Shown here: one piece after another, positions 23,406-35,812 of the stretch
Numbering within the stretch: position 1 is the first letter of the stretch
How the letters are laid out: every line of letters begins with the position of its first letter
Assembly (NCBI RefSeq): GCF_006345805.1
Contig: NW_021835843.1
Coordinates: 1-39,941, forward strand
Length of the DNA: 39,941 bases
From: Octopus sinensis
Lineage: Eukaryota
Direction of reading: 5' to 3'
Program-made: the position numbers and the translations under genes
The notes under the pieces: generated by a model
What the model was told of the DNA's origin: nothing
The model's database searches: none
Seen by the model: only the letters and a program-made list of their open reading frames with translations

Positions 23406-24499
23406 CTCGATCATATAATCCACTTCGAATATTATTTTAGCAGGTTTAATGTGATTTCTTTTGTGCCGTAAACCATTTACTATTTCTGAGGTGCTCCTCA
23501 CACACCTCCCTTGATGCTCTAAGCACGTGCTTATTTCTTTTAATAGTTAATCCAGCACCAGCCACCTCACTGATTACCGTAAAGTCATTCATCGATCTAT
23601 CCTCTGGCACACAGTTGCTGTTTCCTCCTCTCGCTTTTTTTTTCATCATAACTGTAATGGCCTTTGCTCCTCATAGCGAGCTAGAGTTATACCATCTCCC
23701 CTCTGACATTCCTGACCCATTTATCTTTCCTTTTCTCATATCTTTGTTGTGTCCGAACCGCCCTATCCTTCAGACCTTGCACTAGTGACATGCCAGGGTA
23801 TGTGCCACTCGGGGCAAACCTTGAGTTTTCCACACCCTCGGGCCCACCTCAGCCTCCCTACAGGGCCCCCACTAGGCCCCCACCGGTACAGGCTTGTATA
23901 GCAGACCCAAAATGTGCCACTCCCATAAAAGCGTCACCCGAAGCGGACCGTCACAACCGGGTTCCCACCAGCTACATTACTTTCCTGCATTAACCACTAC
24001 ACACAGTCCTTTTTTTTTCTCCATAGGTCCTCCCTCTGGAATTCCTCGCTGCTTATGTCTTTCCCGCAAGTATTGACTTACAATGATTCTAGAGGAACAC
24101 TTATAGCTTCAGTCTCAGAGGTGAAGGAGGGCTTAAGAAAGGTATGTACTCTCCCCCTTCCGCTAACCCCAGAAAACAACATTGACACTGCAACACTGCA
24201 TTACCCCACGATTACCTTTTCTCTTGTCTTTGGTATCTCATATCTATTGAGACCACGGATTTGTATTAGTAAGGCGTGGTGATGCAACATTTGAATGACC
24301 TCGCCAAGGCGTACACCTGGGCAGGGTTGTACGGAAAACCTACAGTTGTCCGTATTAGCAATCTCCTTCCATCGTGCAGACCTTGCCCTGCAAAGAGAAT
24401 GGCAGGAACCAGTGCATCTTGGTACCAGAGTTATTGCAGAAATTGGCAGAATGAAGCAGAAGACAACGACAAACTACCTTAGGGATGCCAAATTTTAAT

Positions 24500-24675
24500 T
24501 GATATTCTCTTAAATCGACCACTGTACTTAACTGGTACTGGTACTTTTTATATAAGCACCGGAAAGAAGATAAACAAAGCTGACTTTAGCAGGGTTTCAT
24601 AGCAAAACATAGAGCCGGAACTAACAACGCAAAGCATTTTGTCCGACACTTTTACGGTTCTTCCATCAATTGCCT
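24500..24675 (-). mobile_element. SINE family A, very degenerate
   Basis: aaatcgacc...actggtac...gcaaagcattttgtccgac pattern, reverse complement of A. Confidence 0.55.
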
Positions 24676-24712
24676 TTTTACGAAAAACACCACCACTACA
24701 AGCATCAATATT

Positions 24713-24928
24713 GGCGGTGAGCTGGCAGAAACGTTAGCACGCCGGGCGAAATGCTTAGCGGTATTTCGTCTGCCGTTACGTTGTGAGTTCAAATTCCGCC
24801 GAGGTCGACTTTGCCTTTCATCCTTTCGAGTACCAGTTACGCACTGAGGTCGATGTAATCGACTTAATACCTATGTCTGTCCTTGTTTGTCCCCTCTGTG
24901 TTTAGCCCCTTGTGGGTAATAAAGAAAT
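24713..24928 (+). mobile_element. SINE family A (type-1 tail), young copy
   Basis: 13-bp TSD AAGCATCAATATT at 24700..24712 and 24929..24941; small internal deletion. Confidence 0.95.
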
Positions 24929-25343
24929 AAGCATCAATATTTCCACCACCATCTCAACCAACGCCCCTGCTATCACAACCACTATCACCACCACCACTAA
25001 CAACAATGACAGCAAGAACAACACCAAAACGACTACTACCTACACCATCATCACCACTGCCAAATTCCTTTTAAGCTTTTTAGGGGTTTACAGAAGATGA
25101 TAACGCTGAAGTCAATCAAGCTGTGTTTGATATTGATCACAATTAAGCGGTTAGACCAGTGAACATGGGCCCTAAACCGAAGAACTGGCCAATGAAGTCC
25201 CGATGAAAACATTTGAAGAAGGCTGACAGGAACGAGAAGTCCCAGATCAGAAAATTTTGAGGTATGATCTAACTGATGCGTTTAATTTATTGAAGCAGAT
25301 GCTACAAGACCATTTTATAATGCGAAAATAAAAAGCTCTGTTC

Positions 25344-25716
25344 GATGGCTTTGTGGTTAAGAAGCTCGCTTTGCAACTACGTAGTTTCAAGTTCAAACCT
25401 ACTACGCGGCACCTTGGGGAAGTGTCTTCTACTATAGCATCGAGCCGACCAATGTTTTGCGTCTGATTTTGGTGGACAGAAATTGTGAAGAGGCACGTCG
25501 TATATACGTGTGTGTGTTTGTGTTGCGTTTGTTTTTTCCCTCACTGCTTGACGACTTTTGTTGGTTTGTTTACGTTCCTGTAACTAAGCGATTCGGCGAA
25601 AGAAACCTTAGAATAAGTTCCAGACTTTAAAATAAGTGCTGAAGTCGATTTGTTCCACTAAAACTTTCGAGACAGTGCCCCGGCGTTGCCGTAATCCAAA
25701 GACTGGAACAAGAAAA
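25344..25716 (+). mobile_element. SINE family B, old diverged copy
   Basis: gcggcaccttggggaagtgtcttctactatagc...cgacc pattern and a B-like tail. Confidence 0.8.
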
Positions 25717-25974
25717 ACATAAATATTCGTTGGTGTTTATTTCAAGAAATACAGTTCGGAAATTAACTCTGATCAGCAAAATCTAACTTTGATTGTCCAG
25801 CAATAGAATCTATTCCTACACATCAGTGTCAAGACCATCCTTTCTGGTACCAAGATCATCCTCTCTAATACCAAAACCATCATCATCTTCAGCAGGAGCT
25901 ATCTTTTTTTTCCCCCGTATTTTAAAATTAATATTTCAGTTATTGGTATTATTAAATTAATATTTTAATTATTC

Positions 25975-26180
25975 GTTTCAAATTTTGGCACTAGGTCAGC
26001 AATTTCGGGGGAGGGCTATAGTCGATTACATCGACCCTAGTTTTCAACCAGCATGGTACTTCTTTTATCGAGCTCGAAAGGATGAAAGGCAAAATCGACC
26101 TTGGCGGGATTTCACCTCAGAACGTAAAGACGTAAAGACGAAATGCTGTTAAGTATTTTACCCAGAGTGCTAACGATTCT
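25975..26180 (-). mobile_element. SINE family A
   Basis: gtcgattacatcgacc...cgaaaggatgaaaggcaaaatcgacc. A further partial copy follows at ~26183..26280. Confidence 0.85.
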
Positions 26181-26626
26181 TTTCTAATCTAGGCACAAGG
26201 CCCGACATTTTTGGTGAGGGGGCCAGTCAATTAGATCAACTGCAGTACGCAACTGGCACTTAATTTCTCGACCTCGAAATTAGCAGTTCGGCAATTTTTT
26301 TTTAATAGACACTGGGTTGATCTGTTCGACTAAAACCCCAGAGGCAGTGTCCCTGCATATCCGCAGTCCTAAGACACAAGCAAGTATAAAAGTAACAATA
26401 AATAAATAAATAAATAAATAAATAAAAGATGTTTGTTTATGAAACTCAAACCGTCTCAATGTCAATTTTTGTTATGGAACATTTAGGATAAAAAAAAATA
26501 TCCTGAAGCCCTAATGGACCACTTCTTGTCAACATATTTCTGGTTTGTATAGAGATCAACAAAAAAAACAAAACATTTTAATCATTTTTATTTTATCACG
26601 ATGATGTCAAAAAGGATAACAACACT

Positions 26627-26797
26627 TTATGGTATTTTTTCAGTCTGATTACGTTTTAAGTTTAAATTCCGCCGAGGTCGATTTTGTCTTTTAACCTTTC
26701 GGGGTCGATAAAATACGTTCCAGTTGAGCACTGGGGTTGATGTAATCGACTTATTTCCTCCCTTAAAATTGCTGACATTATGCCAAAATAAGAAACC
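26627..26797 (+). mobile_element. SINE family A, 5'-truncated
   Basis: aaattccgccgaggtcgat...cctttcggggtcgataaaata...aagaaacc. Confidence 0.85.
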
Positions 26798-26962
26798 ATT
26801 ATGATGGTACAAAAAAAAAAGTGGGTGCAGTGGACTGGTAGAATATGTTGACCGTTGAAGAACATAACTTGTGCTATTTATTCTAGCTCTTTGTTTTGAG
26901 TTCAACTCCTGCAATGGTCAACATTGATTTTATCTCTCTTACGTCTTTAAAATAAAGTGTGT

Positions 26963-27329
26963 GTGGAAGCACTCTGTCGGTTACGACGACGAGGGTTCCG
27001 GTTGATCCGAATCAACGGAACAGCCTGCTCGTGAAATTGACGTGTAAGTGGCTGAGCACTCCACAGACACGTGTACCCTTAACGTAGTTCTCGGGGATAT
27101 TCAACGTGACACAGAGAGTGACAAGGCCGGCCCTTTGAAATACAGGTACAACAGAAACAGGAAGTAAGAGTGAGAGAAAGTTGTGGTGAAAGAGTACAGC
27201 AGGGATCACCACCATCCCTGCTGGAGCCTCGTGGAGCTTTAGGTGTTTTCGCTCAATAAACACTCACAACGCCTGGTCTTGGAATCGAAACCGCGATCCT
27301 ATGACCGCGAGTCCGCTGCCCTAACCACT
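26963..27329 (-). mobile_element. SINE family C inserted into an old SINE A
   Basis: Reverse complement of 3428..3813 lacking ~15 nt of the head. 11-bp TSD TAAAATAAAGT at 26948..26958 and 27329..27339; the host A sequence resumes at accagtcaaggactgggatcgatgtaatcgact. Confidence 0.92.
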
Positions 27330-27635
27330 AAAATAAAGTACCAGTCAAGGACTGGGATCGATGTAATCGACTAATCCACTGCCCACAAAGTTTTGGCCTT
27401 TAAAAACGAAAGCAGGGAATTGAGATAAAATTTTGGGTATCGGAAAATAGCCTTGCAGTATTTGTTGCGGATCTTTACATTCTAAGTTCAAATCCCAACG
27501 AAGTTAACTTTGCCTTTCATTTCTTCGGGGTCGTTAAAATCAAGTACCATTCTAGTTCTGAGGTCGAAGGTATTAACTAACCTCCCCACCCACTCATTCA
27601 TCGTCCCTAATAATTACTGGACTTATGCCTTTATC

Positions 27636-27837
27636 ATTTCCAATTTTGAAACAAGGCCAGTAATTTCAGGGGAGAGGCTATGTCGATTAAACCAATCAAC
27701 TGGGACTTATTTTATCGACCCCGAAAAGATGAAAGGCAATATTCACCCTGGCAGCATTTGAACTCAGAACGTAAAGACGGACGAAATGCCGCAAAGCGTT
27801 TCGCCCGGTGTGCTAACGATTCTGCCAGATCGCCGCC
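27636..27837 (-). mobile_element. SINE family A, full length
   Basis: Ends ...gctaacgattctgccagatcgccgcc. More degenerate A copies lie at ~27455..27590 and ~27865..28060. Confidence 0.9.
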
Positions 27838-28159
27838 TTGGCAAAAAAAAATATATAATTATTAGTAAAAATGGTGGGTTAACAGAATTGTTACAACATC
27901 GGAAAAGATGCCTTGCGATAACTGTTCTCCGGGGTCAAATTTGACTTTCATCCTTCCGATATCGTTAAAAAAGCACAAATCGTGTGGGGAAGTCGATATA
28001 ATTAATCAACTAATACCATCCTCCAAATCTGAGGCATTGTGCTTATGTTAGAAACAATTATAAAGTCAAATGCGTTATTATAAACTTGCATGTTTTAATT
28101 ACCCAACCGGGGTAGCTCTGTATGCTTTTGGGAAAGAAATATTTTGTTGTTGTTTTTTA

Positions 28160-28445
28160 TTATTATTGTACCGATAATATTCTATGTAAACTAAGTGTAG
28201 AGCTTAGCAATGCTATTTTTGTATGCTGTGTATATGAGGATATAGTTAAAGAGCTGTTATTTTTTATTTATAGTTTTTCATTCACAGCATACCTATTAAT
28301 ATTGAGATTGCTTCTGTTCCTGCTTTCACTTTTCACATTTTCTGGATATATGTATTTCCAGAATTTATATTCGGATAATTTCTCCAGTTCTTTTAGAGGT
28401 ATATTGTCGTCCATTGGGATTGAAATATCTATCAGGAAATATTTT
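28160..28445 (-). pseudogene. 3' end of a non-LTR retrotransposon with restriction-like endonuclease (R4/NeSL/R2-type)
   Basis: Minus-strand pieces across frameshifts: FLIDISIPMDDNIPLKELEKLSEYK, LEIHISRK, TEAISILIGML and KIALLSSTLSLHRILSVQ*. These match the RLE C-terminal pattern (D-x-x-IP...KE-x-EK...KY; IQK-x-ALLGT). Followed by an A-rich tail. Confidence 0.75.
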
Positions 28446-28799
28446 TTTATTACAAGCTTTAAAAATCATCAAAGCGATAAATGTTTAATAAGAATTTAAA
28501 CTATATATATGTATATATATGTTTGTGTGAGTGTGTGTGTGTGTTTATGTGAGGGGTAGGGGTGAGTGTGTAAATAGAGAGTGGGGTGGGGGAGAAAGAA
28601 TGGGGAAACAAAAACAGGATAACAGGAAAACATTCTCCCTCTTTCTCTCTCTTTCATCTTTCTCTCTTTCGTTCTCTTATGTTCACTCGGCCTCTTCAAA
28701 ATATTCGTTCCTTATCAAACGTTCCTTATCACTTTTTCTTTCCTCTCTTTCCATTTCTGATTTTCGTTATTATTTCTTATTATCTCTGACTCTGTTCCC

Positions 28800-28847
28800 C
28801 ACCCCCAACTCTCTCTCTCTTTCTCTCTTTCTCTCAATAATCCTTTT

Positions 28848-28891
<44 letters not shown>

Positions 28892-29031
28892 ACTCTTTCA
28901 GGAATCTTTCTCTCGTTCTCTTTCTCTCAATAATCTTTTTTTCTTTCTCTGCCCACCCCTCTCTTTCTCTGGTGCACGCACTCCTTCTCTGTTACCACCT
29001 CTCTTTCTCTCTCATTGCCTCTCCCTCTCTC

Positions 29032-29085
<54 letters not shown>

Positions 29086-29405
29086 ATTTCTTTCTATCTT
29101 TCAATTTTTTGCTCCATTGACTATTTTCCCTATCACTTAATCACCTCACTCTCTTTATTTTTCTATTACTTTCCCTTTTTTTTATATTTTCTGTCTCCCT
29201 CCCTTTCCTCCTTTCTTTTTCTTTGACCAACGATTTCAGAATTTCTCGATTTTCCCCCATTCGCTCTTGATTTTCTCCTCCTTCTCTCAGTAATATATCT
29301 TCTTTCTTTCTCTCTCTCTCTCTCTCTCTCTCCCTCCCTCTCTTTCTCTATCTCTCTCTCACACACACACACACTCTCTCTTTTTCCCTCTTTCCCACAT
29401 ACATG

Positions 29406-29437
<32 letters not shown>

Positions 29438-29462
29438 CATACATACATACATACATACATAC
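28800..29462. repeat. (CT)n-rich pyrimidine tract and (CATA)n
   Basis: Directly visible. Confidence 0.9.
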
Positions 29463-29689
29463 ATTTCTGCTTTTCAATCTCTTTGTATTTCAGCCAATCA
29501 TCTTGTGTATAAGTGTATGTATGGATGCATGTATAGATATGTGTTTGTAAGTGAGTGTATATTTGCCTGCATGGATGTATATGGATGTACATGTATGTAC
29601 AGTAGTAAGAATGCTTGTATAATTATATGAATCTATACGTGCATATGTAGATGTCTTTATCAGTATATACAAATATGTGTGTGAGTATG

Positions 29690-30146
<457 letters not shown>

Positions 30147-30376
30147 TCATATGAAAATAGCCAAATCTCTTTTCGAAGGCTTGCTAACATATGCTTTCTT
30201 GTTTTAATTTTATATTTTCCTTTCTTTTTTTTTATTTTGCTCAAGAATAAAATAAAATAAATACGCAAGCAAATAAATAAATAAATAAAATATGTGTAAA
30301 AGATGGGATAATTTGCAAATTGTCTAATGCACAGTGGCCGCGGTTGGACCTTCGGTCACCATCAATAATAGCTTAC

Positions 30377-30403
30377 ATTTGACAGATGTCAGCTCCTTTA
30401 CAG
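30377..30403 (-). CDS. Candidate 27-nt symmetric microexon
   Basis: Long U-rich tract ending ...tcttctttttattatAG, exon CTGTAAAGGAGCTGACATCTGTCAAAT, donor GTAAGC. Open in two frames: VKELTSVK or CKGADICQ. Confidence 0.35.
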
Positions 30404-30584
30404 CTATAATAAAAAGAAGAGATTAAAAAAAAGACAAATAAACATACAAAGAAAGAAAAATAAATAAATAAATGGCGGTGGAGAACACTGATTCATTGCC
30501 AAATCAAAAGACCTTACTACGATTCATTGTTTAGTTGTTGGTGTCGCACACAAACAACCATGGACCGGTACGCCAGTTTTTCAA

Positions 30585-30921
30585 CACTGCCACCACGACC
30601 ACCACCACCATTACCACCATCTCTGCCACTACAGCCACGAACCACCAAAACCAACTTCATTATCCTCGTCATCGTCGTCATCATCATTGTCGTCGTCGTC
30701 GTCACAACCACCACCACCACCACTGCTATCGTCTTCATCATCATCATCATCATTGTCATCATTGTCATTATCATTATCTTCCACTTCCTATACCTTCTCT
30801 TCCTCATCATCATCGTCATCACCATCATCATTATCGTCGTCGTCGTCGTCGTCATTGTCGTTGGATGATGAAGATTATTATTGATGATTATTATTATTCT
30901 TATAGCAGTGATAGCAGTGAT

Positions 30922-30987
<66 letters not shown>

Positions 30988-31044
30988 GGTATCGACTAGC
31001 CCCTCCTCACGAAGTTACTGGCCTTGTGCCAAAATTTGTAACTA

Positions 31045-31086
<42 letters not shown>

Positions 31087-31491
31087 GCAGCAGCAGCGGC
31101 GATATCGTCATCATCAGCATCATGGTTGCCGTCGAGATGAAGATGGTCGTGTGGTGGTCGGCTATTATCACCCTAGTCGTTCCAAGGGGCTAATTTCAAG
31201 GGTGAATAGGAATGAAATAAAGCAATTCAATCACAACATTAAAATAATTGGGAGAAATCATGAACAACAACAACTATAGCAATAATAATAATAATAATAA
31301 TAACTACAATGACGATGGCGGAGATGACGATGATGGTAATGATGATGATGGTGATGGTGTTGTTGTTGTTGTTGTTGGTGGTGGTGGTGTTGTTGTTGTT
31401 GTTGTTGTTGTTGCTGTTGTTGTTGTTGTTGTTGTTGTTGTTGGTGGTGGTGGTGTTGTTGTTGTTGTTGTTGTTGTTGCTGTTGTTGTTG

Positions 31492-31523
<32 letters not shown>

Positions 31524-31545
31524 GGTGGTGGTGGTAATAGTGATG
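30585..31545. repeat. Patchwork of trinucleotide microsatellites (CAC, CAT, CGT, GCA, GTA, GGT, ATT, AAT, GAT, GTT)
   Basis: Directly visible; source of the poly-H/V/L/S ORFs. Confidence 0.95.
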
Positions 31546-31683
31546 AAAATGGATTTGTTGTCTTAAAATTTTATGTTGCTGACTTTATTGTCATTAAAAA
31601 GTGCGGATACAATATGGTGATTTTACACAAGCGCACACGCGCGCATACACATTTTTATAAGCATGTACAAATATATATATGTG

Positions 31684-31719
<36 letters not shown>

Positions 31720-31750
31720 TATGTATCTCTCTACCTATATATGTATGTAA

Positions 31751-31949
31751 AGTTAATCCAAACAAGAAAGCACAAAAAAAAAACACAACAACGCGAGGAC
31801 GTGGGACAAATATAGTATTATTGGACGCTCAGGAAAGAAGGAAAGAAGGAGGGTTTAATGTTTCGAGCGGAGCTCTTCGTCGGAAACATAGGAGAAGGAA
31901 AGATCCAGAGAAGGGAAGACAGAGGAAAAAAAATCGCCAACGGTACACG
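31751..31949 (-). mobile_element. Repeat family F, near full length
   Basis: Reverse complement of 12385..12593. The hammerhead-like motif has GAAACATT instead of GAAACGTT. Confidence 0.9.
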
Positions 31950-32204
31950 TGTGTCTGTAACCTAAATTTAGCATTTATATGAATTCATGCATACATACGT
32001 ACATGTACATAGGCATATAAAGATGGATGGATAGATGGATGGATAGATGGATGGATAGATGGATGGATATAAATTCATCTTATTGATAATAGCAGCACTT
32101 GAAAATGAAGTACCAGTCATGTACTAAGGTCAATTTAAAAGGCGAAAATTGCTGAGTTTGCACCAATTTGTGAAACATTATTATGAACAGAGTATTATAA
32201 ATTC

Positions 32205-32330
32205 CTTTCTACTATAAGCACGAGGTCTGAAATTTGTGGTGCGGGGGACCAGTCGATTACAACGCCGCCAATGCTTTGCTGGTACTTATTTTATCGACCC
32301 CCAAAAGGATGAAGGTTAAAGTGCACCCCG
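32205..32330 (-). mobile_element. SINE family A, 3' partial
   Basis: ctggtacttattttatcgacccccaaaaggatgaagg. Confidence 0.8.
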
Positions 32331-32419
32331 ATGGATTAAACCAGTGTTATAAGTTAAACTCTGTTATTGGCGAAAGCGTTACCGGACCTTTTCATGAGAT
32401 TAATTTTTCCTACACCGAA

Positions 32420-32548
32420 GGTGCATGGCTCAGTGGTTAGAGCGTCGGGCACACAATCATGAGGCAGTAAGTTCGATTTGTGTTATTGAGCAAGACACTT
32501 TATTTCACGTTGCTCCAGTTGACTCATCTGTAGAAATGAATTGCAACA
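32420..32548 (+). mobile_element. SINE family D (tRNA-derived head), degenerate
   Basis: GGTGCATGGCTCAGTGGTTAGAGCG A box, AGTTCGATT B box, then TTGAGCAAGACACTTTATTTCAC. Too decayed to be a real tRNA gene. Confidence 0.7.
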
Positions 32549-32631
32549 TCACTAGTGCCAAGCTGTATCAACCTCTGCATTGTATAACATCGGTAGCGGG
32601 GAGAGAGTAGGCTGGTATGCATGGGCGTAAG

Positions 32632-33243
32632 TTAGCAGCAAGGTTTGATGTTTCGATTCCAACTGTATTGGACCATCTGAATCAAATCGGCAAGGTAAAG
32701 AAGCTGAATGAACAAGTGGGTACCACACGGACTGAACGAGCATCAAATGACACGTCGTCTTGAAACTTGCTGTTCTCTGTTGTCACGGCATAAAAGCGAA
32801 CTAGTTTTGCATCGTATTGTCACGTGTGATGAAAAAATGGATTCTTTTCAACAATAGCAAGCGTTCTGCACAGCGGTTGGATAGAGACGAAGTACCAAAG
32901 CACAATTCAAAAAAGAATATTCACTGAAAAAAAGCTAATTGTGCCTGTTGGTGTTCCAGCGCTGGTGTCATCCATTACAGCTACATGAGATCTGGTAAGT
33001 CAATTGCAGCGGATGTATACATCAACCAACTGGATGAAGTGATGACTGCACTTGCAATTAAACAACTGAGATTGGTCAATAGAGAAAGGCCAATTTTCTT
33101 GCAGGACAATGCTCGACCACTTTTGCACAAAGAACGCTATTCAAGTTACAGGAACTAAACTTGGAAGTACTCTGTCATCCACCATATTCCCCAGACCTCG
33201 CACCAACTGACAATCACATTTTCCAGGCATTAGACAACTTTTA
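32632..33243 (+). pseudogene. Mariner (Tc1/mariner, DD34D-type) transposase fragment
   Basis: LAARFDVSIPTVLDHL (HTH), KWVPHGL, RIVTCDEK (32813..32836), FLQDNARP and HPPYSPDLAPTD (YSPDL at 33185..33199). Frameshifts present; no TIRs found. Confidence 0.93.
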
Positions 33244-33569
33244 GCATGTACGCATGCATGTATGTATATAGGAATATTTGTTCGTATATAACATATGAAA
33301 GAAAGAGAAAATGGAATACACCCAAATTTAAAATTATTACTGACATACCCGAATTTAAAATTATAACTTATTTGTAGGTATATATGTATATTTGCATGTA
33401 TGCATGTATGGTTGAAAATTTAAAACCGGCATTTCTTTCCTCCGCCTGATATACACCCTCACTCAAAAAATACTGGTTTAACGAAGCACTCCTGCGCCTA
33501 TGGCATGTGTGTATATGTGTGTGTGCGCGTGCACGTGTATATATACATATATATATATATATTATATAT

Positions 33570-33601
<32 letters not shown>

Positions 33602-34237
33602 ATATTGTGTCAAAACTGCTGTACGTTTCATTTTATTTTTTTGTATCAAAAGAATGCGGGAAGTATTGGGGGTATTTATTAATTCAATATAAAAAATTTC
33701 TAGGCACAAAGGCGGAATTTGTTTAGATCATAATTTCTAAAAGATTTCGTAAACCTTTTGAAAGAAGGAGGAGGAGGAAGAGGTGGGGTTATGGTCTGTT
33801 CCAATTTTTTTTTATATCAAAAGAATGCGGAAAGTATTGGGGTATTCATCTAACTATAAAATTCATACTTTCAACCGTTTCATTGGAGAAAAGAAAGAAA
33901 GAAAAAACAGAAATTATTTGTGAGTAGCTAAGGGACACAATTTAGTTAAGAAAAATGGAAAAGCAGTAAAAGTGTTTGTAATGACGTTACTATGCTTATC
34001 TATCAATAAGTTACTGTATTTACCAGCAGATATGACGTGCTTTCTTTTAATTTTTAATGATATCAGAAGAAAAAATTACTCTGCATCAAATGCGACCGTT
34101 TTACAGATGAGAGACTGAGTGCCACAGGCTAGCGTGCCAGATGAGAATAAGTCTGCTAGGAACAATAAGTTTTACCAATAACTAAGATTGCTACTAATAA
34201 CGATTCTGCCAGCTCATCGTCTTAATAACTTACCAAT

Positions 34238-34623
34238 GGGAAGCACTCCGTCGGTTACAACGACGAGGGTTCCGGTTGATCCGAATCAACGGAACAGCCT
34301 GCTCGTGAAATTAACGTGTAAGTGGCTGAGCACTCCACAGACACGTGCACCCTTAACGTAGTTCTCGGGGATATTCAGCGTGACACAGAGAGTGACAAGG
34401 CCGGCCCTTTGAAATACAGGTACAGCAGAAACAGGAAGTAAGAGTGAGAGAAAGTTGTGGTGAAAGAGTACAGCAGGGATCACCACCATCCCCTGCCAGA
34501 GCCTCGTGGAGCTTTTAGGTGTTTTCGCTCAATAAACACTCACAACGCCCGGTCTGGGAATCGAAACCACGATCCTATGACCGCAAGTCCGCTGCCCTAA
34601 CCACTGGGCCATTGCGCCTCCAC
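34238..34623 (-). mobile_element. SINE family C, full length
   Basis: 12-bp TSD TAACTTACCAAT at 34226..34237 and 34624..34635. Confidence 0.95.
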
Positions 34624-35035
34624 TAACTTACCAATAATAAAACATTGAAAACAAACCAAATTAACGTTGACTTTGAGCATAAAATTTGGAAAAATTGCTT
34701 ACAGTATGTTTGCAGTCATGTGGAGAGCGGTCGTATTATCTCATTTTACTCCATTCTCCAGCATACATAATCCATACCTGTTAAACGTTTTACTTTATTT
34801 ATTGACAATGTTACATTTAAAAAGCCATTTGTATATTATCTCAATGAAACATTCTGCAAGAAAATTTAAAGAAATGTTAAACTTTCATCGACAATGTTAA
34901 CCGATCGCGGTTGCACAAAAATAATCACAGACTGGTGTAACGAGTTTTACATCCCGTATGGCAATTCTCTTGACTAAACTGTTAATAACTATAAAGTTGA
35001 TAAATTTAAAGTTTTATACTTAAGGTGCAGGAGTA

Positions 35036-35445
35036 TACTCTTTTACTCTTTTACTTGTTTCAGTCATTTGACTGCGGCCATGCTGGAGCACCGCCTTTGG
35101 TCGAGCAAAATCGACCCCGGGACTTATTCTTTGTAAGCCTAGTACTTATTCTATCAGTCTCTTTTGCCGAACCGCTAAGTGACGGGGACGTAAACACACC
35201 AGCATCGGTTGTCAAGCAATGCTAGGGGGACAAACACACACACACAAACATATACACACACACTTATATAAATATACATATACGACAGGCTTCTTTCAGT
35301 TTCCGTCTACCAAATCCACTCACAAGGCATTGGTCAGCCTGGGACTATAGCAGAAGACACTTGCCCAAGATGCCACGCAGTGGGACTGAACCCGGAACCA
35401 TGTGGTTGGTTAGCAAGCTACTTACCACACAGCCACTCCTGCGCC
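35036..35445 (-). mobile_element. SINE family B, full length
   Basis: Complete match to B. Confidence 0.95.
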
Positions 35446-35453
35446 TAGTATCT

Positions 35454-35585
35454 GTGTTGTAGGAAGTTAGCTTCCAGTCATATGGTTCCGGGTTCAATCC
35501 CACTGCACGGAACCTTGGGCAAGTGTCTTTTGCTATAGCCTCAATCCGGAGTGGATTCAGTGGACGGAAACCGAAAGAAACCCGT

Positions 35586-35625
<40 letters not shown>

Positions 35626-35812
35626 TTTGTCCTAACCCATCATCACTTGGCAACCGATGTTGGTGTGTTTACGTCCCCATAATATAGCAGTCGGGTAAAA
35701 AGAGAAAAATAGTACCAGGCTTAACAAAAAGAAGAACGATTTGTCCGACTAAAATTCTTCAAGGCAGTGCCCTAGTATGGCCGCAGTCTAATGATTGAAA
35801 TAAGTAAAAAGA
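35454..35812 (+). mobile_element. SINE family B, diverged, head-to-head with the previous copy
   Basis: ggttccgggttcaatcccactgcacggaaccttgggcaagtgtctt...; the tail is duplicated in the tandem array. Confidence 0.85.

Noticed and set aside
25084-25261. Plus-strand exon-like segment with good AG and GTATGA sites
   Set aside because: All three frames contain stops. Possibly a decayed transposase fragment, but no motif is firm enough to call.
28531-29226. 231-aa Leu/Ser/Phe-rich ORF resembling a membrane protein
   Set aside because: Product of a (CT)n pyrimidine tract.
30517-31718. Poly-His, poly-Val, poly-Leu and poly-Ser ORFs
   Set aside because: Trinucleotide microsatellite patchwork open on both strands, with no complex sequence or splice support.
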